A stretch of 64,000 bases of DNA, taken from assembly GCA_000708835.1 (NCBI GenBank), contig DF237193.1, positions 1 to 64,000 of the forward strand, written 5' to 3'. The notes under the pieces are model-generated. The model worked only from the letters and a program-made list of their open reading frames with translations, searched no databases and was not told the DNA's origin. The DNA comes from Klebsormidium nitens. Its lineage: Eukaryota; Plantae; Klebsormidiophyceae. Position numbers and translations under genes: made by a program. Shown piece by piece: positions 1 to 13,500 of this stretch. Numbering within the stretch: position 1 is the first letter of the stretch; the number at the start of each line of letters is the position of its first letter.

Positions 1-671
1 CTCTTAGTGACATACAGTCGTTGCGTTCTTTAGAGAATCCGTTTTGCTTGCATTGCTACGGTCGTACGAGGCTGCATGGCAGCGACGCCTAGCGGCACGA
101 CACATAATACATATGTGTTGGACAGAGGTATCTACGGGTCCTCACCTAACGATCAAGTGATCGATTCCTAGCAACTACAATAGCGTTAGCTATACATGAA
201 CTTATCTATCTATCCTCTTTTTGTGATCAGTTGCCTACTACCCCACTAGGCCAACGTACAATTATACGAATTATTTGTTAAGTTTGGCACAAACATGGTC
301 TGTTCGACACCGCATGCGTACCAAGTATGTTCACGGTGGTGATAAAACAATCGTCGGACATGCGAGCATGGCCTAAACATCAAGTTGCACATGTGCTGCT
401 CCAATTCCGACGAGCTTTACCCCCCACTTTCGCCATGCTTGATCATATTTCGTCGCGACCAGCTTGATTGCAGAATGCCTTCATAAGCTTCTCTAGCTTG
501 GGTACCATTATATAGTGACCATGACTCCAAGCGGTGACAGTATGTAAGCGAGCATCTTTACCTGTACATTCAATGGATCCCAACGTGGAGTCCTTCGGAC
601 CTTGAGGTTCATGATTGCTGTTGTGAAGATTACGTATTTAGCGCTCGCTTGACTTCTTTGAGCCCCGACTC

Positions 672-3600
672 TTAGTAGCCCATCCTCGAGTAAGGTTGCC
701 CCGGCCCCCGGGGCTGGATCTGGATCCTATCGTCTTCGAGCACTTTTAGATTGGGCGCCAGCAGCTTGGTGTAGCGGTCGAAGTAGAGGAGCTGCTTAAT
801 GAATAGCCCGAACTCCCGCGGGAAGCGCAGTCCGTATTGTTCGCTCACCTTCACCTGAAAGATCAAACAAGAGAGAGGTCAAGCAGATGATAGATAAATC
901 AACAAACTTGACAGAGTTCCAGGGATGAAACACAAAAGCCGTGTATGAATCGCAGTACTGGGTTGTGCACTTGAGAGTGCCCAATCCACGTCGCCGGTGC
1001 ACTGGCAGTGCCTTACACTTTAAAACCACAAGCACTCTTCGTGTACCTAGTCGAAGTCTGAGAAGTCCACATGAGAAACCCCCTCCAGCAGAATCGAGCT
1101 GACATATATTTTGAAACGTTTCATGCAACCAGGCAACTGGCACTGCGCCACCCCGTCTCGAGATTCCCGCACCTAGGTAAACACAGCGCGTTAGAAAGCA
1201 ACATGTCAACGGCAGGGCCTATCAAGCTCAATCGTAACCAGAACAGCAGCTCACCAGCTCTAACACCAGGCCGTTGATTTGCCGGTCATCGACGGCCAGC
1301 TGCGCGGCATATGCCGGGCCGTCGGGGCCCTGGGCTGCAGCAACAATCAGGTCCGGCTGGATCTCCTCCACCTTTGCAAACAGGGCTTGCAGGTCCAACG
1401 CGAACCGGTCAATATCCACCTGCATGACAAGAAGAGGATGTGACTTGGCAGGTGGAGGAAAGGGTGACCGGTAGACGAGACCCAGGTGGTCATGAAGAAG
1501 CTCGGGAACGAAAGCATGGACGTGTTTGGCGGTGATTTTAGTGACATGTTGACTGTTGTTGACAGGCCACCTATGGAACAATCACCATGCTTTTTGACCC
1601 CCTCCTGTCCTAAGAGCGAAGTCAATCCCGACAGGCATTGATGCTGACTCGCTGCTTCCAGGAATGGTACTTTTAACAAACTCACTGAAGAGTACATAAT
1701 TTCGAGCCCGACTCTCGAAGCGTGAAGCGCAGCGACTCTCGGTTCCAATCTGTAGTGACGGTACGCTCTACTCACCTGGTCGGCAGTGGCGCCCATCTGC
1801 GCCAATGCAATGGCCATCGCTCGGTACTGCCCCGCTGAGCCGACCGACGCAAGGAAGGCCTGCAATTCCAAACATCTTAGCTAAGCCTTAAGAAAAGGAT
1901 GGCGTCACATAGCTTGCTAAGAGGGCAGTTAAATCAGAAAGTGTCTAGAAAGAAGGACACAAGTAACGTCTTTGATCAATCCCAACATGTAAGAGTGCTG
2001 TCGAAACTCAGCAAAGAAGGCACCACGATTCGAAATATCAAGGGACGGCTGTGCTGCAACCAAGGAAATGCCCGAGCAACGAGAGCTCCAAACTTCAGAC
2101 GCAGATGTCAACGCTTACAGCGGAGGAAGGAGCGGCAAACAACTGAGACCCACAGTGACGCGGCTTATGATCCTGCCTTATTCCCACAAAACTGAACCCG
2201 AAAAACGCTGGTTAAGCTTAATCGGCGCTCACTTGAATGGACGCCCACGTCGGGGGCGAAATTCGCCCCACGATGCCAAAGTCGATGAACCCCACACGGC
2301 CGTCATTCAACACGAGGAGGTTCCCGGCGTGGAGGTCGGCGTGGAAGCTTTCGCACGCAAGGACGCTGCCGAACCTGCAGACGAAGGAGCTGGCTAATAA
2401 CCGCAAACAAGACCTCGGCCCTTTTGCCTCGGCGTAGTGAACAATCTTGGAGTAGCTTCCTTCTCCTGGATTCGGAAAGTGGAAAGTTGCCCAATAGCTG
2501 CTAAAGCTTCCCGTTCGCCACGTTACACAAGTGACCTTCATGCCGCCACTCTCAACAAACTGAAGCGCTGCCCGTTTGTTCCACCTTTGCAGACAGAAAC
2601 CCGTACAATGATGTGCAGCTCGGGCCTTGAAGGGCGTTACTGATGGGCCCAACAGCCTCCGCGCTGCTCAATCCTTTCTCAGGTCGTGTAAACAGCTGAT
2701 CTTCCAGGACATGAAAGTTCACAATCCTCGATTGTTGAAGAGCAGAGTCAATCAGCACTAAAGGCCGCGCCCCGCACTGCCACTCACCAGACATTCAGCG
2801 CGCCAATCAGCGTCGCCTCCGGGTCGTTCGACACTTTACGGATTGCTTCAAGGTCCGTGAGCGGAACGCCGTATAGCCGCTCCAACGTCAGCACTTTCTT
2901 CCCGCTGGCAAACCGAAACACCTCCGGTGCCTTTGCAACCTGCATCAACCCGCCCGACTCCAGATACGCACTGAACGCCTGGATGTTTGCTGCTTCTTTC
3001 GAGAAGTCCGTCTCCTCTAGCATCGAGTTCCGGATGTCGGCGACTATGCCGACAATCGACGTGCTGCGCGCGATGTCGGGGTTGAGGAACTCGAGCAGGC
3101 GCGCGGCGACGTACAGGAAATTGAGGTCCGTCTTGAGAACGTCGTCAACCCCGGGCTTGAGGACTTTGATGACCACGTCGCGGCCGCTGCCCTTGAGCCG
3201 GGCGACATGTACCTGGACGAAACAGACGTTTCAAGAGAGAAAGCGGATGGATGCGAAAGTGAAACTTCAGCTGATAGTTGACGGCCGCTTTTGAGCCTCG
3301 TCCCTGGGATCATCGGTCGCGGACGGGTGAGGTTTCAGATTTGGCTCAAGTTGGACGGATAAATGTGAGGGGTTATGCAGTAGGTGGATCCTTGAAAGCC
3401 CGCGGTGAGTGGTTTTTCTCATCCAACCTCCTAGCAGAAACCTATTAAAAGACACCTATCAATGGACTGATCTCTGCTGCTGTTTCAGTAAGAGCACGTG
3501 ACCAGCCCCTAAACAGATCTATCAACGGTGGACTTTTGATGGACAGCACTTCGACTAACCCACGTATCTAGGTTACTTTGCTCTAGCAAACCTGCATAAG

Positions 3601-4939
3601 AGTATTATGACATCAGGACAGTAGAGCTTGATTTCCATATTCTACACCTCAGGATCAGGGTCTGGCTGCATAGACCAGTTTAAAAGAAAAATTGACACCT
3701 GCGGATCCCTGACTTTCTGCTGATCGACAGCCGAGCGCCTAATGCTTAACCCCCCCACATGTTGAGGCTGTCTGAACTGGGTCTCAGGAGGGCCCTATAG
3801 TCATTGTATGTAAAATTTTGAGACTGCTGCATTTGGAATTAAAATGAGGTCATTGACGCCGGGCGTGCAAGGCCCAATAAGGATTCCATATCAGAGAGTT
3901 CACTTAAATCACTGTCAGTCGTGGAAACCATACAGGCTGCGCAGGCAACCCAAACAACTCGACAGATGCAAGATTCTCCAGACACGTGCTTAATGCAATA
4001 CAACCACCAACTCTCAACAACCAATCAATGATGCCCTTGAGCCCTCAATCTGGGTATAACTTCTTGCCAGCCCCGTAAGCGGATCCGCTGTAATCCAAGC
4101 CAGCAGCTGCTGATCAGCCATCAAATTGATTTATATTTGTATTGAGGCTGTGAATTCACCTGAGCAACTGATGCTGACGCCAGGGGCTGTGGATCCACAT
4201 ACTGGTACACGTCCTCTATCCGACGGCCGAGATCCGCCTGAATCACCTTCTTGATTTCATCGAACGGCAGCGGCGGCGTCCTGTCCAAGCAGCTCTGAAA
4301 CTCCTGGACATACTCCGCTGGGAACAGCGTGGGCGCTGATGCAATAAACTGCCCGATCTTGATGTAAGTAGCGCCCAGCCGCTCAAAGAGCAATCTCAGC
4401 AGCCGGGGGGAGCTTAGCTCTGTTTGCGAGCCCCGAAACCCTGTCCGCAGATATTCCCTCCCCACGTGTGAGACTGCTTCCAACCCCTGGAAGAAGCGGA
4501 GCGCTCCGAGAGGGCCGGTCGCAATGCTGGTCTGCACAATGTCTTGCACCAGCTTCTGAAACGATCGGAGCCGCTCCTCGGAAAACTCGGGAGAGGAGGA
4601 GCGCCGCGGCCCACCCGCGGCGGTCTCCGCGTAATTAGGCCGCCCGCTGGTGGACGCCCCAGTGGAGGAGATCGCCCGGATGCCACCATGCGGCGCGCGC
4701 TCTGGGCGCTGCTCTCCTGCTGACTGGAAGCATGTTTGGAACCGCGCTGCGTCGCTTAGTAGGAAACTAGATTGAAGGATTCTGCAAAACGTCGAGCTTG
4801 ACGGGACAGCATTGCGCGCCAGAGGATGCGGCAAGGGGCAGCTCAGGTGTGAGAGAAGGGCACGGGGGTTTTGTCGCGGTGCGTAATGCCCGTTGACGGC
4901 CAGAGACGGCCTGAGAGCTTGCATACGTGCAGCCGCCAT
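672..4939 (-). CDS. ABC1K9: Chloroplast ABC1/aarF atypical protein kinase, ABC1K9 (At5g05200)-like; exons 4939-4160, 3212-2788, 2374-2233, 1859-1776, 1419-1255, 854-672; ~592 aa
   Basis: All introns are GT-AG and phase-consistent (1779 nt total). Motifs [52 protein letters not shown] and [22 protein letters not shown] match the ABC1 family and the recalled At5g05200 sequence. The N-terminus is Ser/Arg/Ala-rich and transit-peptide-like. The ORF-track start at 5059 is a TTG; the ATG is at 4939. Confidence 0.93.
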
Positions 4940-5675
4940 GACCCTAGAGGCTAGAGAGAGGGAGCTAAGTTTTGGGACAAGGGACCAGGTATGGTCCCGA
5001 CTCCCTTGTCCCTTGTCTAGCGCCCTCGCAACTAGGGAAGGATCGTGGATGGCCGACAACTAGGTAGGTGGCGGCACTGACCGTGCGCGTCTTGAAATTA
5101 AAAAGACGTAGTGGCACGGGGAATTTGCACCAAATATACCTAAAGGCTAATTCTGATGTACGGACTTGGTACGAAAAAGTCCGGAGATGATTTCTGCCCA
5201 ATTAAAAGCACCCCGTTAGGGGGTGGTTAAGGGCTAAAATTTAACGTTAACCCAGATTGAAAAGCAAAAGAAAATAATTTTCGTAAGAGGATAGTGCGAA
5301 ATCCCCGTGCCATAATACGGTTCACGGGTACACCGGTGACCGGGGTAGCCCGGGCCCCGGCCGCGCCCGCGCCCGATCTGCCAAAGTAATCATTGAATGA
5401 TGGACGATTCATGATTGACCGTACTCTGACAAGTTACAAGCGTCACTGACGCAAGTAGGACAAAGTACACTAGTATATTAGTGTCTCCGGACATTTTTCT
5501 GTGTTAACACCCTCCCGTGCCGCGACCATAAATGAACAGATCTGTGAAGCTGGCCGGTAGGTACCACACCTGCACAGCGGTCATCCGGGCACTTGTTATC
5601 GCCGGCCGGGTAGCTGGACGACGGGCAAACCTTCCAGTGTCAATCAGGTTCGAAGCTACCTAATACGGCTATCTG

Positions 5676-5906
5676 GTGACTGTGACTGTAACTTTGATTT
5701 AATATCGACACTGTGACTGTGGTTGAGACTGTGACTGCGACTGTGACTGAGACATAATACCGTATTAGATTTTAATTTTGTCGGACCGTAAACTGTGGCG
5801 CTTTTAACCTGCCGGAAACCAATTGTGACTCATACTGTGACTCTTGACACTGGACACTTTGAAAGGTACCTAGACAGTGACTGTGACTGTGACTGTGACT
5901 TTGACT
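5676..5906. repeat. Clusters of (GTGACT)n hexamer repeats
   Basis: Three degenerate clusters are directly visible near 5676-5692, 5711-5750 and 5877-5906. Confidence 0.85.
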
Positions 5907-5996
5907 GAAACGGCACTGACTCGGCAGTGATCACCGGGAAATCTGAGAGGTCTGCGGGATGTAGCTCGGTACCATGCCGGTGCCCGGTCGAGGAGG

Positions 5997-6608
5997 NNNN
6001 NNNNNNNNNNNNNNNNNNNNNNNNNNNNNNNNNNNNNNNNNNNNNNNNNNNNNNNNNNNNNNNNNNNNNNNNNNNNNNNNNNNNNNNNNNNNNNNNNNNN
6101 NNNNNNNNNNNNNNNNNNNNNNNNNNNNNNNNNNNNNNNNNNNNNNNNNNNNNNNNNNNNNNNNNNNNNNNNNNNNNNNNNNNNNNNNNNNNNNNNNNNN
6201 NNNNNNNNNNNNNNNNNNNNNNNNNNNNNNNNNNNNNNNNNNNNNNNNNNNNNNNNNNNNNNNNNNNNNNNNNNNNNNNNNNNNNNNNNNNNNNNNNNNN
6301 NNNNNNNNNNNNNNNNNNNNNNNNNNNNNNNNNNNNNNNNNNNNNNNNNNNNNNNNNNNNNNNNNNNNNNNNNNNNNNNNNNNNNNNNNNNNNNNNNNNN
6401 NNNNNNNNNNNNNNNNNNNNNNNNNNNNNNNNNNNNNNNNNNNNNNNNNNNNNNNNNNNNNNNNNNNNNNNNNNNNNNNNNNNNNNNNNNNNNNNNNNNN
6501 NNNNNNNNNNNNNNNNNNNNNNNNNNNNNNNNNNNNNNNNNNNNNNNNNNNNNNNNNNNNNNNNNNNNNNNNNNNNNNNNNNNNNNNNNNNNNNNNNNNN
6601 NNNNNNNN
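5997..6608. other. Assembly gap (run of N)
   Basis: The N run is directly visible; ORF-track entries crossing it are artefacts. Confidence 1.
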
Positions 6609-7786
6609 TTGACACATGTCAGACCATCAACCAATGCCTGCACAGATTGACGCCCTGTGAGAGTATTTACTCTCGGACAGATCGACCGGAGACACTAATA
6701 AAATAGTGTAGATTGTCCCTTTTGCGTCATTGCATCTGACTCGGGACACTGATACCGGGCAATTTAGACCGTTCGATCCTGTCATCTGGCGGCTGCAAAG
6801 CAGCTTAAGCCAATCGGTTTAAATTTGCATGACTCTCGAGTCTCCCAGGCTGGCGTCACTCGGCCAGGCGCGGCAAATCCCGCCGGCGGCGGCCGCCGAC
6901 AGTCATGGCGGTACGTGTGCTGCATCATATGAATCGAAACCGATTTGAACTGCCGTCACAATCCTGATATTATTTGCAGAATCTGTGCGGTTGGAATTTT
7001 GAAGATTTTAAGATCCATTCACTTTCCAGGTCCCCGGCATTTGGACGAGTATACAATGCTTTCGACGGCGACTTCTTCACCATGGTCATTTAGGATCGCA
7101 AGCGTGTTGGTAGTCGAAACCGTCTTTTCATCCTGTCTTGCCGTTTCCGAGGACGCTTCATAAATTTACCCATGTGCGCTATATTCCTGATGAGCTGATT
7201 GTATAAGCCACGATTCGATCCGATTATTGATCACTCTCGTGGCCTCTGGCCCGCCACCCCCTCCTTGCGATCTACCAAAATCTCTGATATCTCGTAGAGG
7301 CTGGGCCAAAGCATAAGAAAAGCGCCATCCGCTTTCGGTATCCGCTTCGGAAGAGTCGGCAATCCTCCCCCTCTGACAGTGACACAGCAACAAACAGAAC
7401 GTTTCAACTTTCAAGGGCATGGCTTCCGTCAATTGCACCTTTTCCGAGCATTCTTTTCCCCTTGAAGTTGCAGATTGGAAGCTGCACCCTGCAGGCTTCG
7501 ACCCAAGCATTGATACAAGAGCTTTTGTATCGCCGGACCCAGGTCCATTCCTTGGCAGGGTCAGCCACAAAATATCTTTCGAGGGGAATCTTGCAAGGAG
7601 GTGGCTGCTGCCCCTCTTTAATCCAAAGTCCTCTCTACAACCATTCTCAATTGACAGCTTCCTCCTCTCGAACACCCTTGAACCTGACGGATAGCGCTAT
7701 ACTCTCAACCAGCTTGGAGTAGACGTTTGGCAAGTCACTGGCTTGGTTGTCATATGGCAGCTTGCATAACTGTGACATACAGGACT

Positions 7787-9073
7787 ATGGACTCTCGGTT
7801 CAGCAGCGACGCTAGAGACTCTGCTCGACCAACGCAGCGGCGAAAATTGACAATACAAGTTGACGATAGCAGTGACATGGAGTGCGACCATCAAGTGAGA
7901 ATCAGACCTGCTGTATGTGTTTGATGTCTTGGTTACTTTAAGCCATTTTCCCTTGAAAATTCCACTTTTTCCTCTGCTTTTACTTCAAATCGATTCTGGC
8001 TTTCTTTCATACAGTTCCGTAAGTTGAGTTTAGTTGGTGTTTTCATTGCACTTTGGAAGTTCCCTTTCATGCTTTGCTCAGTCGGCTCATTTTGGCTGCA
8101 AGCTTTCAATGTTTTGCACAGGTTGCGCATTCTACTCTTGCTTGCGCAATTGAGACAACTCGGCCAGTATTATGTTGACTCTGACTAGTACAACGGACTG
8201 TCAGGCTGGCTTCAATGCTTACTGTCATGGAAGGCTGTTGTGTGATCCCTTTTCTATGGTGCGCCATGTGCTGCTAACCACGAACATTTTGCAAAAGATG
8301 GCTGCTTACTAATTGCTGCGTCGTGGGCCTGCCGTTTGTGCTCTTCCATCTTGGATGGCGTGCAGCTAAGAACTGTGAAGAGTTGGTTTTAGAGAGCAGA
8401 TTGTGTATTAAGCAGAGAACCAGTAGGTCAATAGAAACTTCTTTGATATCCTGAGATCACTTCCTCGATGCCCCTTGACAGCTTATGATGTCTATCACCT
8501 ACCTCACAGTCACCTCTGGTCATGGCACACATGTCTTCAACTCAAAGTTTCGAATGCATTAAGAGGTGTTTTCAGCAGAGTCCAAGCAAAAATTTCGAAT
8601 GCAATAAGAGGTGTTTTCAGCAGAGTCCAAGCACCCCTGTATATTGTCTTCAAATACTGAAGTTCTTACGCTCTCCACAGGCAAGTACTTCCCAGAACTC
8701 TCCAGCGGGAGTGCTCCGACCCGCTTCCACCCCAGAGGCAGTGCGGATTGCATCGACCTGGGCGAAAGGCGACGGCGAAGAGCTGCGGACCTTCTATGAA
8801 GCGTCGAGGAGGAGGGTTCTGTGGGCATTCTTAGAGGCCCAGCAGGCGGTTGAGATTGCGAGAATGATCAAGGGGAGCGATAGCGAAAAGGGGGGCGATC
8901 CACGAAAAGCAGGCGACTCGATGGAGGCTTGTAGGAGGGCCGAGACCCTCAGGGCAGAGGTGGTTGAGAGCAACGACGAGCTTGGGAGGAGCCAGCAAAG
9001 TAGGAGTCACTTTTGTGGATGGTCAAACCGATGGAGCAAGTCGGATTCCAAGATTCATTCTGTAAATAAGTAG
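7787..9073 (+). CDS. Putative orphan gene, exons 7787-7894 and 8681-9073 (~166 aa; 5' end uncertain)
   Basis: Acceptor ACATACAG at 7782, donor CAA|GTGAGA at 7894/7895 and acceptor CTCTCCACAG at 8680 join in phase 0 into an open frame containing a helical-looking segment (LRTFYEASRRRVLWAFLEAQQAVEIARMIK). A GC-rich 5'-like region with a GTACGT donor lies at ~6830-6916. No family was recognised. Confidence 0.35.
8548..8633. repeat. Tandem duplication, period 45 bp (2 copies)
   Basis: tttcgaatgca(t/a)taagaggtgttttcagcagagtccaagca occurs at 8548 and 8593 with one mismatch. Confidence 0.9.
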
Positions 9074-10552
9074 AGTCGTCGGCGTGTCACTCTAGCTAGG
9101 TCTCAGAGACAAAGAGAGTCTACTGTAGTGTCACACGAGTTGCATCAGTTGTCCGTACGAAGACCGAAGGGAGGTAAGGAGCAACAGCTTGCACGAGAAA
9201 TCAACGCAGTAGGCTATCACGATCAGCGATAGCTTTGTAAGAAAGCTGTGCGCAATTGCCTTTAGTATCAGAGCATCAACGGATATGTACAAAGTGGTTG
9301 TCTAGTCTCAGTTGAATTTACATTGACAATGACAAGTTCAGGACCTACAGGAATATACAGAGATCAACTTGCTCTTGCATAACCTTGTTAGATAAACGGT
9401 CCACTCGTGACATTGATTTCCTAAATTGCATTGAGCTGCATCACGGTCATATGAATGGAATCTTCTGGTTCCCTAGGTGAGATCTACTCGATTTGAGCTG
9501 GCCGGGCCATGGTGCAACTATTGTGACCTGTCCGAACGAAGATGTAACTTTTGTCGAAGCGTTCTTAAGGACCAAATTGAAGATATACCTCTACGTACGT
9601 ACGTACTGGATCTGGTTCCTTTCTTTTCTAAATGGCGCATGCAATCTAAGTTGAACTGTTGAAAGCTAAGATGCCATGCATGGAGAGGGCAGCATGCCAG
9701 TGCTTGCGTAAGTGCCATGTGAATGCCTGCCTTGACCCGGATCAGATATATCCTATAGCCTATAGGGACAGCAGCCTGCATGCCTTAAACCGCACAAGCC
9801 TTGAGTTACAACCAAGCACATCTTCAGATGCTAGCTCAAGCTTGCCAGCTAGTATCGATGCGATCGTAGCATCACATGTGCCATGCCCGTGCATAGTCGG
9901 CTCAACTTTGGCGCATGGGTACCGACCACGTCGGAGGGGTGGCCATGCAAGCACATCCGACATGGTAACTTAGTTTTAGTCTTTACGTCTCTCAGTATAT
10001 ACAAGCCGGAGTTACCAATTAATACTTAAACCATAATGTATACCGCATATAAATGTATGATGAGCAGGCGGCATTTGTCATGTGGCGCTTAGCTAGGGCT
10101 ACGATACTCATGCAGGATGTCTAATATGGGTCAAAAGTGTGTATATGCCAGATGACGGCCCTATACTCCGCTCATTATGGCAAGCAAAAGCTTTGACTCG
10201 CCCACTCAAACTCAGGATGCGATAGAATCCCTTACCTGAGAGCAATCGAAAGCATACTTCCAATGTGAGTCGTGATTACTGTCCAAGATATGTTGGATTA
10301 AGTTGCAAAGATTTGTTACCTAGCAACGGCATATCAGAGTCAGCGTCAAACTGTTGCGCACCTACACAGAGTCCATACCAACACGCCCAGCGCTTTACAT
10401 CAACCCCGCATGGGAGGAAACGGATTGCAAAACGTCTCATAAACAACTCGCATACAATTACTGCATCCCGCAGGAACGTCTCCCAACAACAAGAATCGCC
10501 CCAAGTAGCTCCAATGGCTGACAAGGATCTGAAACTGCTTTTTACATCAACT

Positions 10553-13500
10553 TTACAACCGCGACTTGATCATGGGGGTCGTGCTGCGGAAATATTCCAC
10601 CGCAGCGGCGACGCCGCTCCCCGGAGTGACATTGATACCGACGTCCCGCAGCGTCATCTCAACGCCGGCCAAAGCGCCGAGGATGGATACCTGGAAAGAA
10701 GCAACAGGCAGAATCAAGAGAGCGGCCCAAACGACGTTGGTGAGAAACGCAAGTTTGCTGGCTCGGATTTACACTTTGATCAGGGATATACCTGACTGAT
10801 GAAATTCTTGAAAGATGCAAGCATTAAGATAATGAGGAGTCAAGAGAGAGACGTACTGCTTCCGGTGAGTGTGGACTGGTTGAGCAGACTAGAGTGTCAA
10901 ATGATTCTCGACCACTGCTTCGATTTGGCAACGCCAGGCACAGCAGTGCACGCATCAGGAGTAATCTTGGTACCAAATCTGTCCCCGGGACAGCCCCCTC
11001 TCCGTTTGAAATCAGTTTCGCATCTTACCTCGTTCAGGCTGCCCAGGTGCCCGATTCTAAAGAGCTTCCCTTTGACGTTATTGAGCCCGACCCCCAGGCT
11101 GAGGTTGTACTTCTTCCAGGCGACCTTGACGACTTCGCCGCTGTCGAACCCGGGGGGCACCATCACGGCCGTCACCGTGTTGCTCTTCCACTGGGGGTCC
11201 TTGGTTGCCAGCTTCAGGCCCCACGCAGCAACGGCGCGCCTGCTCACCATACCAATAGTGTGTCAGTGAAGCGCTAGGCGTTACGCTCCCTCTGCGTGTT
11301 TCCGTGTCTGGATTCCTGTACTGGTGTCTGCCCACAACGCTTTCGATTCTCTTCTGTGAAGAACTGCGTCAGATCTGCTCTTTGCTCCATCTCAAATCGT
11401 GGGTGCACACGCTTGGGCCTGATCTGACCTTGACTATTTGTTTTCATTCTCGCTATAAGCTACTGACACAGTGTCTGGTATGGAGTCAAGCGACCCTGCC
11501 CATGCTGACACAAGGACGTAACCCACATGTGCACTGGCGCATCTAACTCGATTCTTCCAATCTCCGACAGGACGACAAAGCCCGAATTCATTCGTCTAGG
11601 CGAAATGATCATCGATCTTCCGCGGACCAATTAAGGTGCGCTGCACAGAGTCTCTTGAGGAGGCGGAAAGGTGATTACAGGTAGGCAAACGTTGACACCG
11701 AGCGTATGTGCTCTATCAAGCCACCACCGGTTTGCCCCGCTTCAAGCCCAGGTTTAACAAGCTCTTCCTGCCCCTAAAGACTTATCTTCGACCGGTGTCA
11801 TCTTCACAGTCTTTGTAACGCTCCACTTTCTGTCCTCTCTGAACATTCACACATGCAAGGGTACGCTATCCAAGATTTGTCAGCATGCCGTGAGCGAGGT
11901 AACTGCTCAACCAATTACCCTTGCTTAAACAGGCCACCCCCCCAGCTGAGGGGCAGGTGCAGCCTCGCAGAACCACTACAAAACAACGACATTATCGTCG
12001 GGATCTCCAACCCGCGTCTTCTTTCCCCACAGCATATGGTGCCCTCTGCAGCAAAACGCTCCCCTCTTTTCTCAACTGCTCCAAGTACTGTCCCACATCA
12101 GGAGAAACTCAAGGAAAAATAACAAAATCGAATAGAAGCATTCCTCCCCACCTGGTGCCTTCCGCAAGGCGGTGATGCCGCTCATACACCTGGTCTAGCC
12201 CTTCCTGGAAAAGGATGTCGAGCGCAGCGCGAAGCCCATAGAGCAGCTGGATGGACGGCGTATATGGCCAGTAGGTGCCATTCTCAAAGAATTTGAGGTA
12301 GTCGCCCCAATCGAAGAACACGCGCGTGCTCTTTGCGTGCTTGGCCGCCTCCAGAGCCTTGGGGCTGCAGGGTAGACTCCGCAAATGAGCGCTGAGGTTT
12401 TCAAAGGTTTGGACGAAAGACTTGGTTCCTTCGACTGTAGATGTACCAACTCTTAGGGGTCTATCGGTACCTCCAAGGTTTCAAAAAGCGCTTGTGGCCT
12501 AAAAGAAGTGTTGGCACAGCGCCATAACAGGCTTTCCAGAATGTAACTATTGCTCAAAGCAGAAGTATAACGGGGCACTCAGCTCAAGGCCTGTTGACTC
12601 TCTGGGACTGCGAGCCCTGCACCGTCATGTTCCCCGTGAGTCAATGGTATGTCCCCCTCCATTCATATCACTGTATACCATTGATCCATTCCAACCGGGG
12701 AGATCCGCTCTGATACCATACCGCTCAGCGTGCCATTGGCCAAGCTTCAAGAGACACTTTCCAGCCATAATGACAATTGCGACACAACTAGAACTGACTG
12801 TGTTCCAAAGGCTGCAAACCCAACATTTCTGAGCACAGCTCATGAAGGTGAGAATTCCCTGTTACGTCTACCAGAATCCTTCACCAAGTTCTCTCGGTTC
12901 CATCACAACCCCGTCCCTCAGAATGTAAAAAAGATTGATTTGCCCGCACCTGGCGCAGACAACGGCAAGCCCGGTGGGCAGGGACAAGGCTTTCTGGCTG
13001 CCTGTGAGCGCCACGTCTACCCGCCACTCGTCGAACTTGAACGGAATGGCACCAATTGAGCTGACGCCGTCCACTAGCAGGAGCGCCGGGTGGCGGTTGC
13101 GGTCTGCAAAAGGATTCAAAATGGAAGATTCAGACATAGTCATTAAAGTCTGCGAAAACACATGAGGGATTGACTTAGATAAAAACATGAGAACAGGGAA
13201 CAGGAATACAATGATCTTCAGTGTCTCGATTCTATGGGTTGTAGATAAACATTGAAAGTGAGGTTTGAGACGAATGGTGGAGGATTACAGGCAGTGCTGG
13301 GTACAGCAGTTTCAGCTCACGCACTTGTAATGGCTGGTAAACAACAGACTCTGCAAGAAAATAGATAGTGTCTGCTCACTGTATGCAGAAGCGCGTTCGT
13401 CCATGAGCTCAGCAAAAGCCCAATGCATGTCTTGCTTAAAAGCAGGCCAATGAGCCAGTCATCAAGGCTCGACTGTCGCACATGCGCGCAACAGTCCCTC

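Larger units (their letters stand above)
5444..6732. mobile_element. Putative non-autonomous DNA transposon with ~47-bp terminal inverted repeats (CACTA-like), spanning the gap
   Basis: 5447-5490 and the reverse complement of 6686-6729 match at 37/44 positions. Ends read CACTG (5444) and CAATG (reverse complement, 6732). The 3-bp flanks are CGT and CAT. The interior carries (GTGACT)n clusters. Confidence 0.6.

Noticed and set aside
5830-6706. Long ORFs in the ORF track
   Set aside because: They consist almost entirely of X residues from the N gap.
9477-9662. Short ORF with two CxxC motifs
   Set aside because: Only 61 aa with a TTG/GTG-type start, no splice support, and located in probable 3' UTR or intergenic DNA.
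9670-9965. Local enrichment of CATG/RY-like motifs
   Set aside because: No defined unit or boundaries, and it lies between convergent 3' ends rather than in a promoter.
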